From an uncultured Acidobacteriota bacterium (GTDB lineage Bacteria; Acidobacteriota; Thermoanaerobaculia; Multivoradales; UBA5704): DNA of 64,000 bases. Shown one piece after another: positions 36,065 to 45,285 of this stretch. The translations under genes and the position numbers were made by a program. How positions within the stretch are numbered: position 1 is the stretch's first letter; each line of letters opens with the position of its first letter. The notes beneath the pieces are model-generated. The model saw nothing but the letters and a program-made list of their open reading frames with translations. It did not search any database and was not told where the DNA came from. The stretch is from positions 544,001-608,000 of the forward strand of contig CAVYRF010000001.1 of the NCBI GenBank assembly GCA_963770895.1, in the 5' to 3' direction.

Positions 36065-37243
36065 CTACTCGCGGCCGAAGAAGGCTTGCAAGGTCGTCTT
36101 GCGATCGATGCGGGCCGCGGTCAAAAACGCCGACACGCGGTCGTACTGGGTGATGTCGCCGCCCAGGCGGAAGCGCAAGCTGGTCTTGAGCAGCAGCATG
36201 GCGCGCGCCACCTCCTGCGACACGTCCAGGTGCAGCACGTGGTCGGCCGTCTCGCCTGCCAGCTCGCGCGCCCCCTCGGGGTCGTAGCCCGCCGAGAGCA
36301 CGGCGCACAGCTCAAAGCTGATGCAGGCGGCGCTGAAGTCGTCGCCGCGCGCCAGCGACGCGCGCCGCGCGTCGTCGAAAGCCGCCGCGGCGCGCGCTGG
36401 TTCGCCGCATCCGGCGTGCACGCGTCCCTGCAGCCAGCGCAGGATGTTGCGGCCGTTGCGCCCCTTGTAGCGATCGTAGAGCGGCTCGCTCCAGGCCAGC
36501 CGGCGGGAAGCCTCCCGATAGTTGCCGGCATCCACCAGCGCCATGCTGAGAGTGTGGTTGACCACCCAGGTGGAGGCGGGGTCCTTGTCGGGATCGGATA
36601 GCTCCACCGCCCGGCGAAGCACCGTGGCCGCTTCGTGCGGCCGGCCGGCGCAGGTGATGAGCAGCCCCTTGTTGAGCAGGGCGGCGCTGACCAGGTGCGG
36701 CTGGCGTTCCTTGCCGTAGGCCGCCACCGCCGAATCGAGCGCGGCCATGGCGCCGCCCAGGTTGCCGCTGCTGGCAAGCAGAATCCCCTGCACGTTGGCA
36801 AGCCGCGCGGCGAGCAACGACGCGTGAGTGCCGCCGGCAAAGTGCTGGAGCGCCGCGTCGAAGCAGCGCCACGCCGCGGGCAGGTCGCCGTTGACGCGAT
36901 AGGCGTTGGCCAGCTCCAGGCTGGACAGGCAGCGAATGTCGCGCACGTGACGGGGGCCGTGCGTGCGCGGGCAGAGGCCCTCCGCCAGGGTTGCCGCCAG
37001 CTCGCACAGCACCTGCATCTGGCGGATGTCGCTGAAGCGCAGCGCCCAGCTGCGCCGCAGCAGCGCCTCGCAGGTGATGATGCGGCCCGGCCCGCCGTTC
37101 CAGCGCACCGCCGCGGCGCCGCGCTCTTCGATGCGGCGTGCCATGCGCCGCACCTGGCCGCGGCGCTGGGTGGTTGGGGGACCGAACCTGAACGGGATCG
37201 ACAGCGGCAACGCGCTGCCGGCGGCACGCGAGGCGCTCATCAC
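36065..37243 (-). CDS. TPR protein lacking the zinc finger (paralog 4)
   Basis: EALLRRSWALRFSDIRQMQVLCELA, ELANAYRV, WLQGRVHAGCG, AMLLLKTSLRFRL; closely similar to the upstream paralog. Start uncertain. Confidence 0.8.
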   Translation of the reverse strand: MMSASRAAGSALPLSIPFRFGPPTTQRRGQVRRMARRIEERGAAAVRWNGGPGRIITCEALLRRSWALRFSDIRQMQVLCELAATLAEGLCPRTHGPRHVRDIRCLSSLELANAYRVNGDLPAAWRCFDAALQHFAGGTHASLLAARLANVQGILLASSGNLGGAMAALDSAVAAYGKERQPHLVSAALLNKGLLITCAGRPHEAATVLRRAVELSDPDKDPASTWVVNHTLSMALVDAGNYREASRRLAWSEPLYDRYKGRNGRNILRWLQGRVHAGCGEPARAAAAFDDARRASLARGDDFSAACISFELCAVLSAGYDPEGARELAGETADHVLHLDVSQEVARAMLLLKTSLRFRLGGDITQYDRVSAFLTAARIDRKTTLQAFFGRE

Positions 37244-37288
37244 CGCCCGCGGAGGAGAGGCAAGTGTCGAGCTGCGCCGCCGGAGGGC

Positions 37289-38812
37289 TCAGGACAGGAC
37301 GCGGTGAAAGCTGACCTGAGGATCATGCTCGGCTGCGCGCATGAACTGCGCCATCTCGTCTAACAGTACGCCGGTCGTTGCCAGGCGGAATTTGAAGGTC
37401 GATTTGAGCAACATCATCGCCACCGCGGCTTCGCGCCCGATGCTGAGGGTGAGAAAGATATCCGCCGCTTCCAGGGCTTCGCGGCGCGCGTCTTCGTCGC
37501 GCCCCTGGCGGATGTGCAGCGCCGCCAGGTCGAGCAGCACCAGGGTTGCCATGTAGGGCTGGCCGATCTCGAGGAACCCGCGGCGCGCCTCTTCGAGGTC
37601 GCGGATGGCGCGCTCGGCGTCGCCCAGCCCCGAATGGATGCGTCCCTCCAGCATGCGCAGCTTGAGGCGCAGCACCCGGCCGGCGAACTGGTTGTAAAGC
37701 GGCAGGTTGCGCCATACCAGCGCGCGCGCTTCGCGATACTTGGCGCAATCGACCAGGATGGTGGCGATGTTGTGGACGGCGAGCAAGGTGAGATCGGGAT
37801 GGGTCTGCGGATCGATCAGGTCCAGCCCTTCGCCGAGCAGCTTGAGCGCCTCTTCGGTGCGGCAGGCGAAGCCGCAGCAGACGCCCTTCTTGATCAGGGT
37901 GTCGCCGACCTGGTAGGGCTCGCCGCAGCGACGGTAGATCTGGATCGCGCTGTCGAACGCCGCCAGCGCCGTATCGAAGTTGCGGCGGTCGCCCGAGACG
38001 TGGCCCTGGATGACGAACATGCGCGCCGCCATCATGTGGTCCTGCGTCCCCATGCGGAAGTGTTCCAGCGCTTCGTTGATGCTGGCCTGCGCCTCTTCGG
38101 TGCGGCTGGTGATGCGATAGGCGTTGGCCAGCTCGATTGCGGCCCGGCACTGCAGATCGCGGACCCGCTCGCAGTCGTAGAGGCGCGGGTTGAGGCCGGT
38201 GGCGACCACCGTCGCCAGCTCGCAAAGCCGCACCATCTGCAGCGGATCGTCGTGCCGCAAGCTCCAGCTGCGCTGCAGCAACGCTTCGAAGCCGGCGGTG
38301 CCGCGCAGGTGGCGGGGCAGCTCGCAGAAGCCGGCGATCCCTGCCTGTTCGAGGACGGCGAGGACCTGTTCGATCTTTCTGGATTCGCGGCCGGCCCGCG
38401 CGCCGCAGGGCGCGGCAACCGTTCCGGCATGGTGAAGCTCCGGTTGGGTGGCGGCTTCGTCGGGCTCCTCCGCCGCGAGCGCGTCGGGTGGCGGCAGTGC
38501 TGGGAGCGCGGGGAGCGCGGGGAGCGCGGGCAGTGTGGCGAGGCCAGTCAGGTGGCGCAGGGCGGTCGGCCGGGAAGCCGGAGCGCTGTGCGCGCCGTGC
38601 GCAGAAATGGCGGCCAGGCAGGGATCGGACACCTGCTGATGGTGCGCCGCGGGCGGCGAGTGCGGGAACAGGAGCGCTGCCTGGGCCGAGATCAGGGCGC
38701 GGCAGGTGGCGCACCCCGTCCAAAGATGACGCACGACGACGCGTCGATCCTCGTGAGCCAGCCCTCCAGCCAGAAGCCTTGCAAGCTCTGCTGTCGTCGG
38801 ATGTTCACCCAC
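37289..38812 (-). CDS. zf-HC2 (ZAS) + TPR protein (paralog 5)
   Basis: MGEHPTTAELARLLAGGLAHEDRRVVVRHLWTGCATC; EALLQRSWSLRHDDPLQMVRLCELA, DLQCRAAIELANAYRI, LEGRIHSGLG, VLLDLAALH. Confidence 0.85.
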   Translation of the reverse strand: MGEHPTTAELARLLAGGLAHEDRRVVVRHLWTGCATCRALISAQAALLFPHSPPAAHHQQVSDPCLAAISAHGAHSAPASRPTALRHLTGLATLPALPALPALPALPPPDALAAEEPDEAATQPELHHAGTVAAPCGARAGRESRKIEQVLAVLEQAGIAGFCELPRHLRGTAGFEALLQRSWSLRHDDPLQMVRLCELATVVATGLNPRLYDCERVRDLQCRAAIELANAYRITSRTEEAQASINEALEHFRMGTQDHMMAARMFVIQGHVSGDRRNFDTALAAFDSAIQIYRRCGEPYQVGDTLIKKGVCCGFACRTEEALKLLGEGLDLIDPQTHPDLTLLAVHNIATILVDCAKYREARALVWRNLPLYNQFAGRVLRLKLRMLEGRIHSGLGDAERAIRDLEEARRGFLEIGQPYMATLVLLDLAALHIRQGRDEDARREALEAADIFLTLSIGREAAVAMMLLKSTFKFRLATTGVLLDEMAQFMRAAEHDPQVSFHRVLS

Positions 38813-38883
38813 GCGGCACCCCCAGGGTTTGGTGAAGCGAAGTTACGGCGTTTTGAGGCGCAATCGCGAAGCAACAATCGCCG

Positions 38884-39150
38884 CTAGTTCGCCTCCACTG
38901 CCGCGGCCCTGGTCCCCCCGTCGCTGGTGTGCGCCGGACCGAACTTGGAAAGACGGTTCGGCGGCGGCGTCGGGGTGCCCGCGAAGACACTGTGAAGGAA
39001 GTTGAGCGCCTTGGTCCACAGGCCGGCGCCCGGCAGGTTGGTTGAGTTCAAGCCCAGTGTGACCGCATGGGCTTTGCCCGGCAAGGCCAGGGTGAGGGCG
39101 GTCACGACCAGCAGTGCCACGACAATTCTCTTCACATTTGCGCTAAACAT
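38884..39150 (-). CDS. Small secreted protein / candidate signalling-peptide precursor 2 (88 aa)
   Basis: GAGGAGG RBS; signal MFSANVKRIVVALLVVTALTLALPGKAHA; amphipathic GLWTKALNFLHSVF; Pro linker; SKFGPAHTSDG motif. Confidence 0.8.
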   Translation of the reverse strand: MFSANVKRIVVALLVVTALTLALPGKAHAVTLGLNSTNLPGAGLWTKALNFLHSVFAGTPTPPPNRLSKFGPAHTSDGGTRAAAVEAN

Positions 39151-39447
39151 TGATTCCTCCTCGATCGCTCGACCGTGGTGCCGTCGGGATGCGCGAGAAA
39201 CCTCGTACGGAGCATCCCACCGGACCTTGGCGGTCCTCTTGCGCTCGCTCGCACGGTCGATCAAACCGGCGATCGAACCGCTGCGTCCCAGCTCCGAGTG
39301 CCGCCGCACTCGGCAGCCAAAGATGCATGCTGAGGTCCAGTATAACGCTTTCTCGTTGTCAAGGAGCAATCTCGCTGTCAACTTCGTGTCGAAAAACTGC
39401 TGGCCGGCCAGCCGGCGTGCGGGCGCTATACTCGCCGGGACGTCACC

Positions 39448-40314
39448 ATGCGCGATGGCGATGCGAACAGCCAGGCGGCGAAAACCGTCGAGATCCGGCC
39501 CCCGTCGGCGAGGGCCGAGGCCTGGCACGTGCTGCGGGTCGCCGCCCTGATCGTCCTGGCCACCTGGATCTATCTTGCCGACACCACCGGCCCGCCCGGC
39601 GGTGGAATCAGTGCTGGCAGCGGTTTTGGCAGCGGCCCTGGCGGCGGTGCCGGCAGCGGCGCCGGGGCGTTGCCGGCGGCCGGTTCTGCCGGCGGCGGGG
39701 CCGGCGCGCCCATGGGCGCGGGCGCCGGTGGCTCGCCGGTGAGTGGCGTCGGCGGGGTCGCGGGGGCGGTGGGAGCGGCGGCGAGCGAGCGCGACCTCAT
39801 GCCTTATCAAAAGCTTTTTCGCGACTGCGATAGCGTCGCGCAGCGCATGTTCCGCGAGCTGCAGGAAGGTCTGCTGGAAGCCGAAAACCGGCGTTCGGCG
39901 ACCGCCGCCTGGCCGTCGCCGCAGGACCTGGCGGCGGCCGGCGTGCCGCCGTTCGCCGACCGCGCCGGCGGGCGCCGCGGCGCGTACCGATGGGAGCTGC
40001 GCCGCGCGGGCCTCGCCGTCAACTACCTGGGCGTGCCGCAAGGCGGCGGCGCTCAGTTTCTGCTGCTCATCCAGGAGCCGGACCCGCTGGCGCCGGATGC
40101 GACGGCGCCGCCCGCCGGTGCGCCGATCCCGGCGACGGACGAAGTGCACCAGCGCCTGGCGGACGGCACCCTGTTGCATGTTTCGACATGGATGCGGGTG
40201 GGGTCGGCGGCGGCTGCTGCTGCTCCTGCGCCGGCGGCAGCTCCGCCCGGCGTTCTCGCCATGCCGGCGGAGGTGGGCTGGACGCAGATCCTGGCCGGCG
40301 CCAGCCGGCCCTGA
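39448..40314 (+). CDS. FpvK/DUF6162-like membrane protein
   Basis: IRPPSARAEAWHVL + TM, QRMFRELQEGLLEA, WPSPQDLAAAGVPPFA, RRGAYRW, YLG. Resembles (from memory) the gene preceding fpvC in Pseudomonas. Confidence 0.6.
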   Translation: MRDGDANSQAAKTVEIRPPSARAEAWHVLRVAALIVLATWIYLADTTGPPGGGISAGSGFGSGPGGGAGSGAGALPAAGSAGGGAGAPMGAGAGGSPVSGVGGVAGAVGAAASERDLMPYQKLFRDCDSVAQRMFRELQEGLLEAENRRSATAAWPSPQDLAAAGVPPFADRAGGRRGAYRWELRRAGLAVNYLGVPQGGGAQFLLLIQEPDPLAPDATAPPAGAPIPATDEVHQRLADGTLLHVSTWMRVGSAAAAAAPAPAAAPPGVLAMPAEVGWTQILAGASRP

Positions 40315-40344
40315 GCGGTGCGATGCCTTTTCATGGAGACCACG

Positions 40345-41370
40345 ATGTCGATGTCGAAACCTTTCTATTCCAGCCGCCGCCGGCAGCGCCCGCGGCTCTC
40401 GCGGCAGCCGTCCGGCGCCACGCTCGCGATGCTCGCCCTGGCGGTCCTCTGCCTGGGGTCCGCGGCGGCAGCGCGCCTGCATGCCGCGCCTCCGGCGCTG
40501 GCGCCGGTGCCGGCACAGACGCCAAAGGCATCGCCGCCGGCAACCGCCGCGGCGACGGCGCCGCTCAAGATCGGCGTCACGCTGCACCCCTACTATTCGT
40601 GGACCAAAAACATCGTCGGCGACCTGCCGGGCTTCGAGGTGCGGCCTATCCTGCCGGGAGAGATCGACGCCGGCGACTACCAGCCGCGGCCGGAGGACAT
40701 CCGCAAGCTCGCCGACCTGGACGCGCTGGTGATCAACGGCATCGGCCACGACGATTTCATCCTGCCGATGCTCAAAGCGTCGGGCAACCGCAAGGTCGTG
40801 CTGATCCGCCCCAACGACGTGACGCCGCAGATCCGCTCGGTGCACGGCACGGCGGTCAACTCGCACACCTTCATCTCGTTCACCAACGCCGTGCAGCAGA
40901 CCTACGCCATCGAAAGGGCGCTGGCGGCGCTGCGGCCGCAGGCGGCGGCGGCGTTGCAAAAGAACGCCGAAGACTACGCGCGGCGCCTGCGGCTGATCAA
41001 GGCGCGCGCCGCCGACCAGCTGGCCGCGGCCAGGATCACGCGCGTCGTCACCGTCCACGACGGCTACGGCTACCTGCTCCAGGAGTTCGGCCTTGAGGTC
41101 GCCGGCGTGGTGCAGCCGGCGCACGGCCTCACCCCCTCGGCGGCGGAGCTGCGCGACATGGTGAAGCTGCTGCGGCGCGAGCACATCCGCGTCGTCTTCA
41201 GCGAGGAGAGCTTCCCGCAGCCGCTGCTCGACGTGCTGCGCAACGAAGGCGGCGCGCGGGTCTACATCATCAGTCACATCGCCTCCGGCGCCTACACCGC
41301 CGACAAGTTCGAAAAGGAGATGCAGAAAAACGTCGACACCATGATCCAGGCCCTGGTCAAGGACGCCTGA
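40345..41370 (+). CDS. Metal ABC transporter substrate-binding protein, cluster A-I (FpvC-like)
   Basis: KIGVTLHPYYSW, YQPRPEDIRKL, NGIGHDDF, VNSHTFIS, TVHDGYGYL, PAHGLTPSAAEL, VFSE, SHI. Confidence 0.9.
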   Translation: MSMSKPFYSSRRRQRPRLSRQPSGATLAMLALAVLCLGSAAAARLHAAPPALAPVPAQTPKASPPATAAATAPLKIGVTLHPYYSWTKNIVGDLPGFEVRPILPGEIDAGDYQPRPEDIRKLADLDALVINGIGHDDFILPMLKASGNRKVVLIRPNDVTPQIRSVHGTAVNSHTFISFTNAVQQTYAIERALAALRPQAAAALQKNAEDYARRLRLIKARAADQLAAARITRVVTVHDGYGYLLQEFGLEVAGVVQPAHGLTPSAAELRDMVKLLRREHIRVVFSEESFPQPLLDVLRNEGGARVYIISHIASGAYTADKFEKEMQKNVDTMIQALVKDA

Positions 41371-41373
41371 GCG

Positions 41374-42213
41374 GTGACCGAGCCGCAGCGCGACAGCGAG
41401 CCCGCGGATGGATCCGCGCCCGACGGCGGCCCTCGGCGCCAGCCGCGGCCGCAGGCCCCGCCGCTGCTGGAGCTGCGGCAGCTGACCGTGGCGCGCGGCG
41501 GCGAGACGTTGCTCTCGGGCGTCGACCTGGTGGTGGCGCGCGGCGATCTGCACGTCGTGGTCGGCGCCAACGGCGCCGGCAAGAGCACGCTGCTGGCCGC
41601 CATCCTGGGTCAGATCGCGTTTGCCGGCCGCATCGTCGCCCACTGGCGCGCCGGCGGCCGCATCGGCTTCGTGCCGCAGACCTTCGCCGTCGATCGCACG
41701 CTGCCGGTGACGGTCGCCGACTTCCTGGCGCTCACCCGCCAGCGGCGGCCGGTCTGCCTGGGGATCACGCCGGAGGCGCGCCGGCGCGTCGCCGCGCTCC
41801 TCGCCCGCGTCGGTCTCGATTCCCTGGCGGCGCGCCCGCTGTCGGTGCTGTCGGGAGGCGAGCTGCGGCGGGTGCTGCTGGCGCACGCGCTCGACCCGCT
41901 GCCGGAGCTGCTGCTGCTCGACGAGCCGGCGAGCGGCCTCGATCCGGCGGCGGGCCAATGGCTGGAGCAGCTGCTGGTCGAGCTCTGCCGGCGGCAGGGC
42001 GTCACCGTGTTGATGGTCTCGCACGACCTGGCGCAGGCGCGGCGCCTGGCCGATCGCGTGACCGTGCTGGCGCGCGGCGTCCGCGCCGACGGACCGCCGG
42101 GCCAGGTGCTCACCGGGGCGCTGCCTGAGGCGCCACCGCCGGACTCGGCGCCCGCGGCGACCCAGCCTGCGCCAGTGGCACCGCCGGCCCTCTCCATGGG
42201 CTTGGCGGGGTAG
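41374..42213 (+). CDS. Metal ABC transporter ATP-binding protein (ZnuC/FpvD-like)
   Basis: GANGAGKST, IGFVPQTFAVDRTLPVTVADF, LSGGE, LLLLDEP, VSHD. Confidence 0.92.
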   Translation: MTEPQRDSEPADGSAPDGGPRRQPRPQAPPLLELRQLTVARGGETLLSGVDLVVARGDLHVVVGANGAGKSTLLAAILGQIAFAGRIVAHWRAGGRIGFVPQTFAVDRTLPVTVADFLALTRQRRPVCLGITPEARRRVAALLARVGLDSLAARPLSVLSGGELRRVLLAHALDPLPELLLLDEPASGLDPAAGQWLEQLLVELCRRQGVTVLMVSHDLAQARRLADRVTVLARGVRADGPPGQVLTGALPEAPPPDSAPAATQPAPVAPPALSMGLAG

Positions 42214-42229
42214 GGGAGCGGGCGGCGGG

Positions 42230-43132
42230 ATGTTCGAGCGCTTCTACGGCTGGGTGGCGGAGCTGGCGCGGGCGGGCCACCTGCCGGCGGATTTTCAATA
42301 TCCGTTCCTGGTGCGCGGCTTTCTCGCCGTGCTGGTGCTGGCGCCGCTGCTCGGCGGCCTGTCCCACCTGGTGGTGGCGCGGCGCATGGCGTTTTTCAGC
42401 GCCGCCCTGGGCCAGGCGGCGCTCACCGGCCTGTCGCTCGGCCTGCTGCTCGGCGAGCCGCTCAACGCGCCCTATGGCGGCATCTTCAGCTTCTGCCTGC
42501 TGTCGGCCCTCGGCATGGTGTACGTCAAGCGGCGTTCGGCGCTGCCGCCCGACACCCTGATCGGGGTGTTCCTGGCGCTGACCCTGGGCCTGGGCATCTG
42601 CCTGCTGGTCGCGGTGACGCGGCGCTTCAACATCCACCAGGTCGAATCGGTGATGTTCGGCAGCCTGCTGACGGTGACCGACGGCGACCTGCTGCTGCTG
42701 CTGGCGGCGGGAGCCTGGATCGCGGTGCTGCTGGCGCGCCAGTACAACGGCCTGCTGCTCGACAGCCTGAGCCCGCCGATCGCCGGCGCCGCGGGCGTCG
42801 ACAGCGCCTACGTCGAGTACCTGTTCGCGGTCATCCTGACCACCGCCATCGTGGTGGCGCTCAAGATCATCGGCGCGCTGCTGGTCGAGGCGCTGGTGGT
42901 GGTGCCGGCGGCGGCGGCGCGCAACCTGGCGCGCGGCGCGCGCAGCTACCTGCTGGCCAGCGTCGCCATCGCCTTCCTGGCCGGCGCCGGCGGCCTGGGC
43001 ATCTCCACCCGCCTGCTGGTGCCGACGGGCGGCGCCGTCGTCCTGGCCGCCAGCCTGCTGTTCTTCGCCACCCTGGCGCTGGGCGCCCTGCTGCAACGCC
43101 GCGGCCGCCGCGCCGGAGGAGGAGGCGCGTGA
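42230..43132 (+). CDS. Metal ABC transporter permease (ZnuB/FpvE-like)
   Basis: VVARRMAFFSAALGQAALTG, PDTLIGVFL, MFGSLLTV, KIIGALLVEALVVVPAAAA. Confidence 0.92.
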   Translation: MFERFYGWVAELARAGHLPADFQYPFLVRGFLAVLVLAPLLGGLSHLVVARRMAFFSAALGQAALTGLSLGLLLGEPLNAPYGGIFSFCLLSALGMVYVKRRSALPPDTLIGVFLALTLGLGICLLVAVTRRFNIHQVESVMFGSLLTVTDGDLLLLLAAGAWIAVLLARQYNGLLLDSLSPPIAGAAGVDSAYVEYLFAVILTTAIVVALKIIGALLVEALVVVPAAAARNLARGARSYLLASVAIAFLAGAGGLGISTRLLVPTGGAVVLAASLLFFATLALGALLQRRGRRAGGGGA

Positions 43133-44226
43133 CCGCGTGCTATCGTGCCGCGCTGGATCGAGCTGGGGGAGCGGTGATGAGCGAGCGAGCAGGGGCGGTC
43201 GGCCTGGCGGCGCTCGCGCTCTGCCTGGCGGCCAGCGGCGCGAGCGGCTGCGGGCGGGCGGCGCAGGCGCCGCTTGGGGCCGCGGAGGTGCCGCCGATCG
43301 CCGTCCTGGCGCCGGGGGCTGCCGAGATGCTGGACGCCCTGGGCCTCCTCGATCGCGTGGTGGCGGTGGGCGACTACGTGGACTGGCCGCCGGCGATGCG
43401 CGCCCTGCCGCGGCTGGGAGCCTACGACGCACCCAACGAAGAGCGCGTCCTGGCGCTCGGAGTGAAGGTCCTGATCACCAGCCTGGGCAGGGAAGGCGCC
43501 TCACGCTTGAGCCATCTGGAAAGCCTGGGCGTCACCGTCCTGCGGCTCGACCTCAGCACCTTCGACGGCTCCTTCGGCGCCATCGAGCAGCTGGGCGCCC
43601 GCTTCGACCGGCGCGAGCGGGCGCGGGCGGTGCAGAGCGACATGCGCCAGCGCCTCGCGCGCGTGCAGCGCGCGGCTGCCGGCGCGCCGCGGCGGCGCGT
43701 GCTTTTCGTCGTCGGGCGCGATCCGCTCTACGTCGCCGGCGCCGGCTCCCACCTCGACCGCCTGATCCAGCTGGCCGGCGGCACCAACCTCGCCGCCGAC
43801 TCGCGCGCCCCCTACGAGCTGACCTCCTTCGAAGTCGTGCTGCGCCGCCGGCCCGAAGTCATCGTCGACACCGCGGAGAACCGCCCCGGCAGCGCCGTCG
43901 GCCGCCTGCTGGGAGATTGGCGCCAGTGGCCCTTCCTGCCCGCCGTGCGCGATCGCCGCGTCTATCACGTCGACCCCTGGCGGCTCAACGTCCCCGGCCC
44001 GCGCCTGCCGCAGATGGCCGAGCTGATGGGCAAGCTGATCCACCCTGAAATCTTCGGCGAAGCCGCGCCGGCGGCCCTGGCGGCGCCGGACGCGGCCAGC
44101 GCGGCGCCGGCTCCCAACGCGGCGACCGCAGCGGCTGCGCCGACCGCTGCACCCGCGGCGACCGCTGTGCCCGCAGCAGCTGCGGCGACCGCGACGCCTG
44201 CCGGGACCGCGGCAAGCGGACACTGA
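43129..44226 (+). CDS. BtuF-like helical-backbone binding lipoprotein (cobalamin/siderophore/heme)
   Basis: Lipobox ASG-C; LAPGAAEMLDALG, DYVDWPP, PNEERVLAL, LIQLAGGTN, PAVRDRRVY, PGPRL. Start may instead be ATG 43177. Confidence 0.85.
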   Translation: MTACYRAALDRAGGAVMSERAGAVGLAALALCLAASGASGCGRAAQAPLGAAEVPPIAVLAPGAAEMLDALGLLDRVVAVGDYVDWPPAMRALPRLGAYDAPNEERVLALGVKVLITSLGREGASRLSHLESLGVTVLRLDLSTFDGSFGAIEQLGARFDRRERARAVQSDMRQRLARVQRAAAGAPRRRVLFVVGRDPLYVAGAGSHLDRLIQLAGGTNLAADSRAPYELTSFEVVLRRRPEVIVDTAENRPGSAVGRLLGDWRQWPFLPAVRDRRVYHVDPWRLNVPGPRLPQMAELMGKLIHPEIFGEAAPAALAAPDAASAAPAPNAATAAAAPTAAPAATAVPAAAAATATPAGTAASGH

Positions 44227-45278
44227 TGGCGGCTCCGCTCGCTCCCCGGCGGTTGGTCGCCTGGTGCGCCGGGTTGGCCCTGCTGCTGGCCCTGGCCATC
44301 ATCCTGGGAGCCACCTTCGGCGCCGGTGGCACCGCCTCGCCCGCCCAGCTCCTCGGGTGGGGCGCGCCGCTCGGCCGCGTCGATGCCGCCATCCTGCTGC
44401 GCGTGCGGCTGCCGCGCGTGCTGCTCGCCGCCGTCCTGGGCGGCGCGCTCACCAGCGCCGGCGTCGCCTTCCAGGCGCTGCTGCGCAACCCCCTGGCCGA
44501 TCCCTACGTCCTGGGCGTCTCGGGAGGCGCCAGCGTCGGCGGGGTGCTGGCGCTGCTCTTCGGGCTGGGAGCCGTGCGCCTGCCGCTCGTCGGCCCCCTG
44601 GGCGTGCCCGCCTGCGCCTTTCTGGGCGCCCTGGGCGCGCTCTGGCTGATCGAATGGATCGCCACCGTCGACGGGCGCCTCACCGTCTACACCATCCTGC
44701 TCACCGGCGCGATCTTCAACGCCTTCAGCGGCGCGGTGATCTACTTCCTGCAGAGCATCGCGTCGCTCCAGGAGCTGCACCAGATCGTCTTCTACCTGAT
44801 GGGGTCCGTCCCGTCCTACGGCTACCCCGCGGTGGCCGCCCTGGCCGCCGTGTCGCTGCTGGCCACCCTGGGCCTGCTCGCCCAGGGCCGGCAGTTCAAC
44901 GCCCTCAGCATGGGCGAAGAGGGCGCCATGCAGCTGGGCGTCGACGTCGAGCGCTTGAAGCGCACGACGTTTCTGCTGGGAGCGCTTCTCACCGGCATGG
45001 CCGTCGCCGCCGCCGGCATGATCGGCTTCGTCGGCCTGATCGTGCCGCACCTGTTGCGCCTGGTCCTGGGACCCGACCACCGCCTGCTCCTGCCCGCCGG
45101 CTTCCTGGGCGGCGCCGCCTTCCTGGTCGTCGCCGACCTGCTGGCGCGCGTGCTCGCTGCGCCCAGCGAGATCCCCGTCGGCGTCGTCACCGCCCTGGTC
45201 GGGGGCCCCTTCTTTCTCTATTTGATGCGTCGCGGCGGCGGCCGGGGCCGGGGCCGAGGCCGCGAAGGCGTGCTCTGA
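44226..45278 (+). CDS. FecCD/BtuC-family permease
   Basis: VRLPRVLLA, FQALLRNPLADPYVLGVSGGA, GMIGFVGLIVPH, EIPVGVVTALVGGPFF. Confidence 0.94.
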   Translation: MAAPLAPRRLVAWCAGLALLLALAIILGATFGAGGTASPAQLLGWGAPLGRVDAAILLRVRLPRVLLAAVLGGALTSAGVAFQALLRNPLADPYVLGVSGGASVGGVLALLFGLGAVRLPLVGPLGVPACAFLGALGALWLIEWIATVDGRLTVYTILLTGAIFNAFSGAVIYFLQSIASLQELHQIVFYLMGSVPSYGYPAVAALAAVSLLATLGLLAQGRQFNALSMGEEGAMQLGVDVERLKRTTFLLGALLTGMAVAAAGMIGFVGLIVPHLLRLVLGPDHRLLLPAGFLGGAAFLVVADLLARVLAAPSEIPVGVVTALVGGPFFLYLMRRGGGRGRGRGREGVL

Positions 45279-45285
45279 AGGTCGC

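Noticed and set aside
39151-42024. 1046-aa minus-strand ORF 38884..42024
   Set aside because: Shadow of the + strand ABC operon; only the last 88 codons form a real gene with RBS and signal peptide.
43000-43180. Cobalamin riboswitch before the btuF-like gene
   Set aside because: The gene overlaps the upstream permease stop, leaving no leader, so the substrate stays unassigned.
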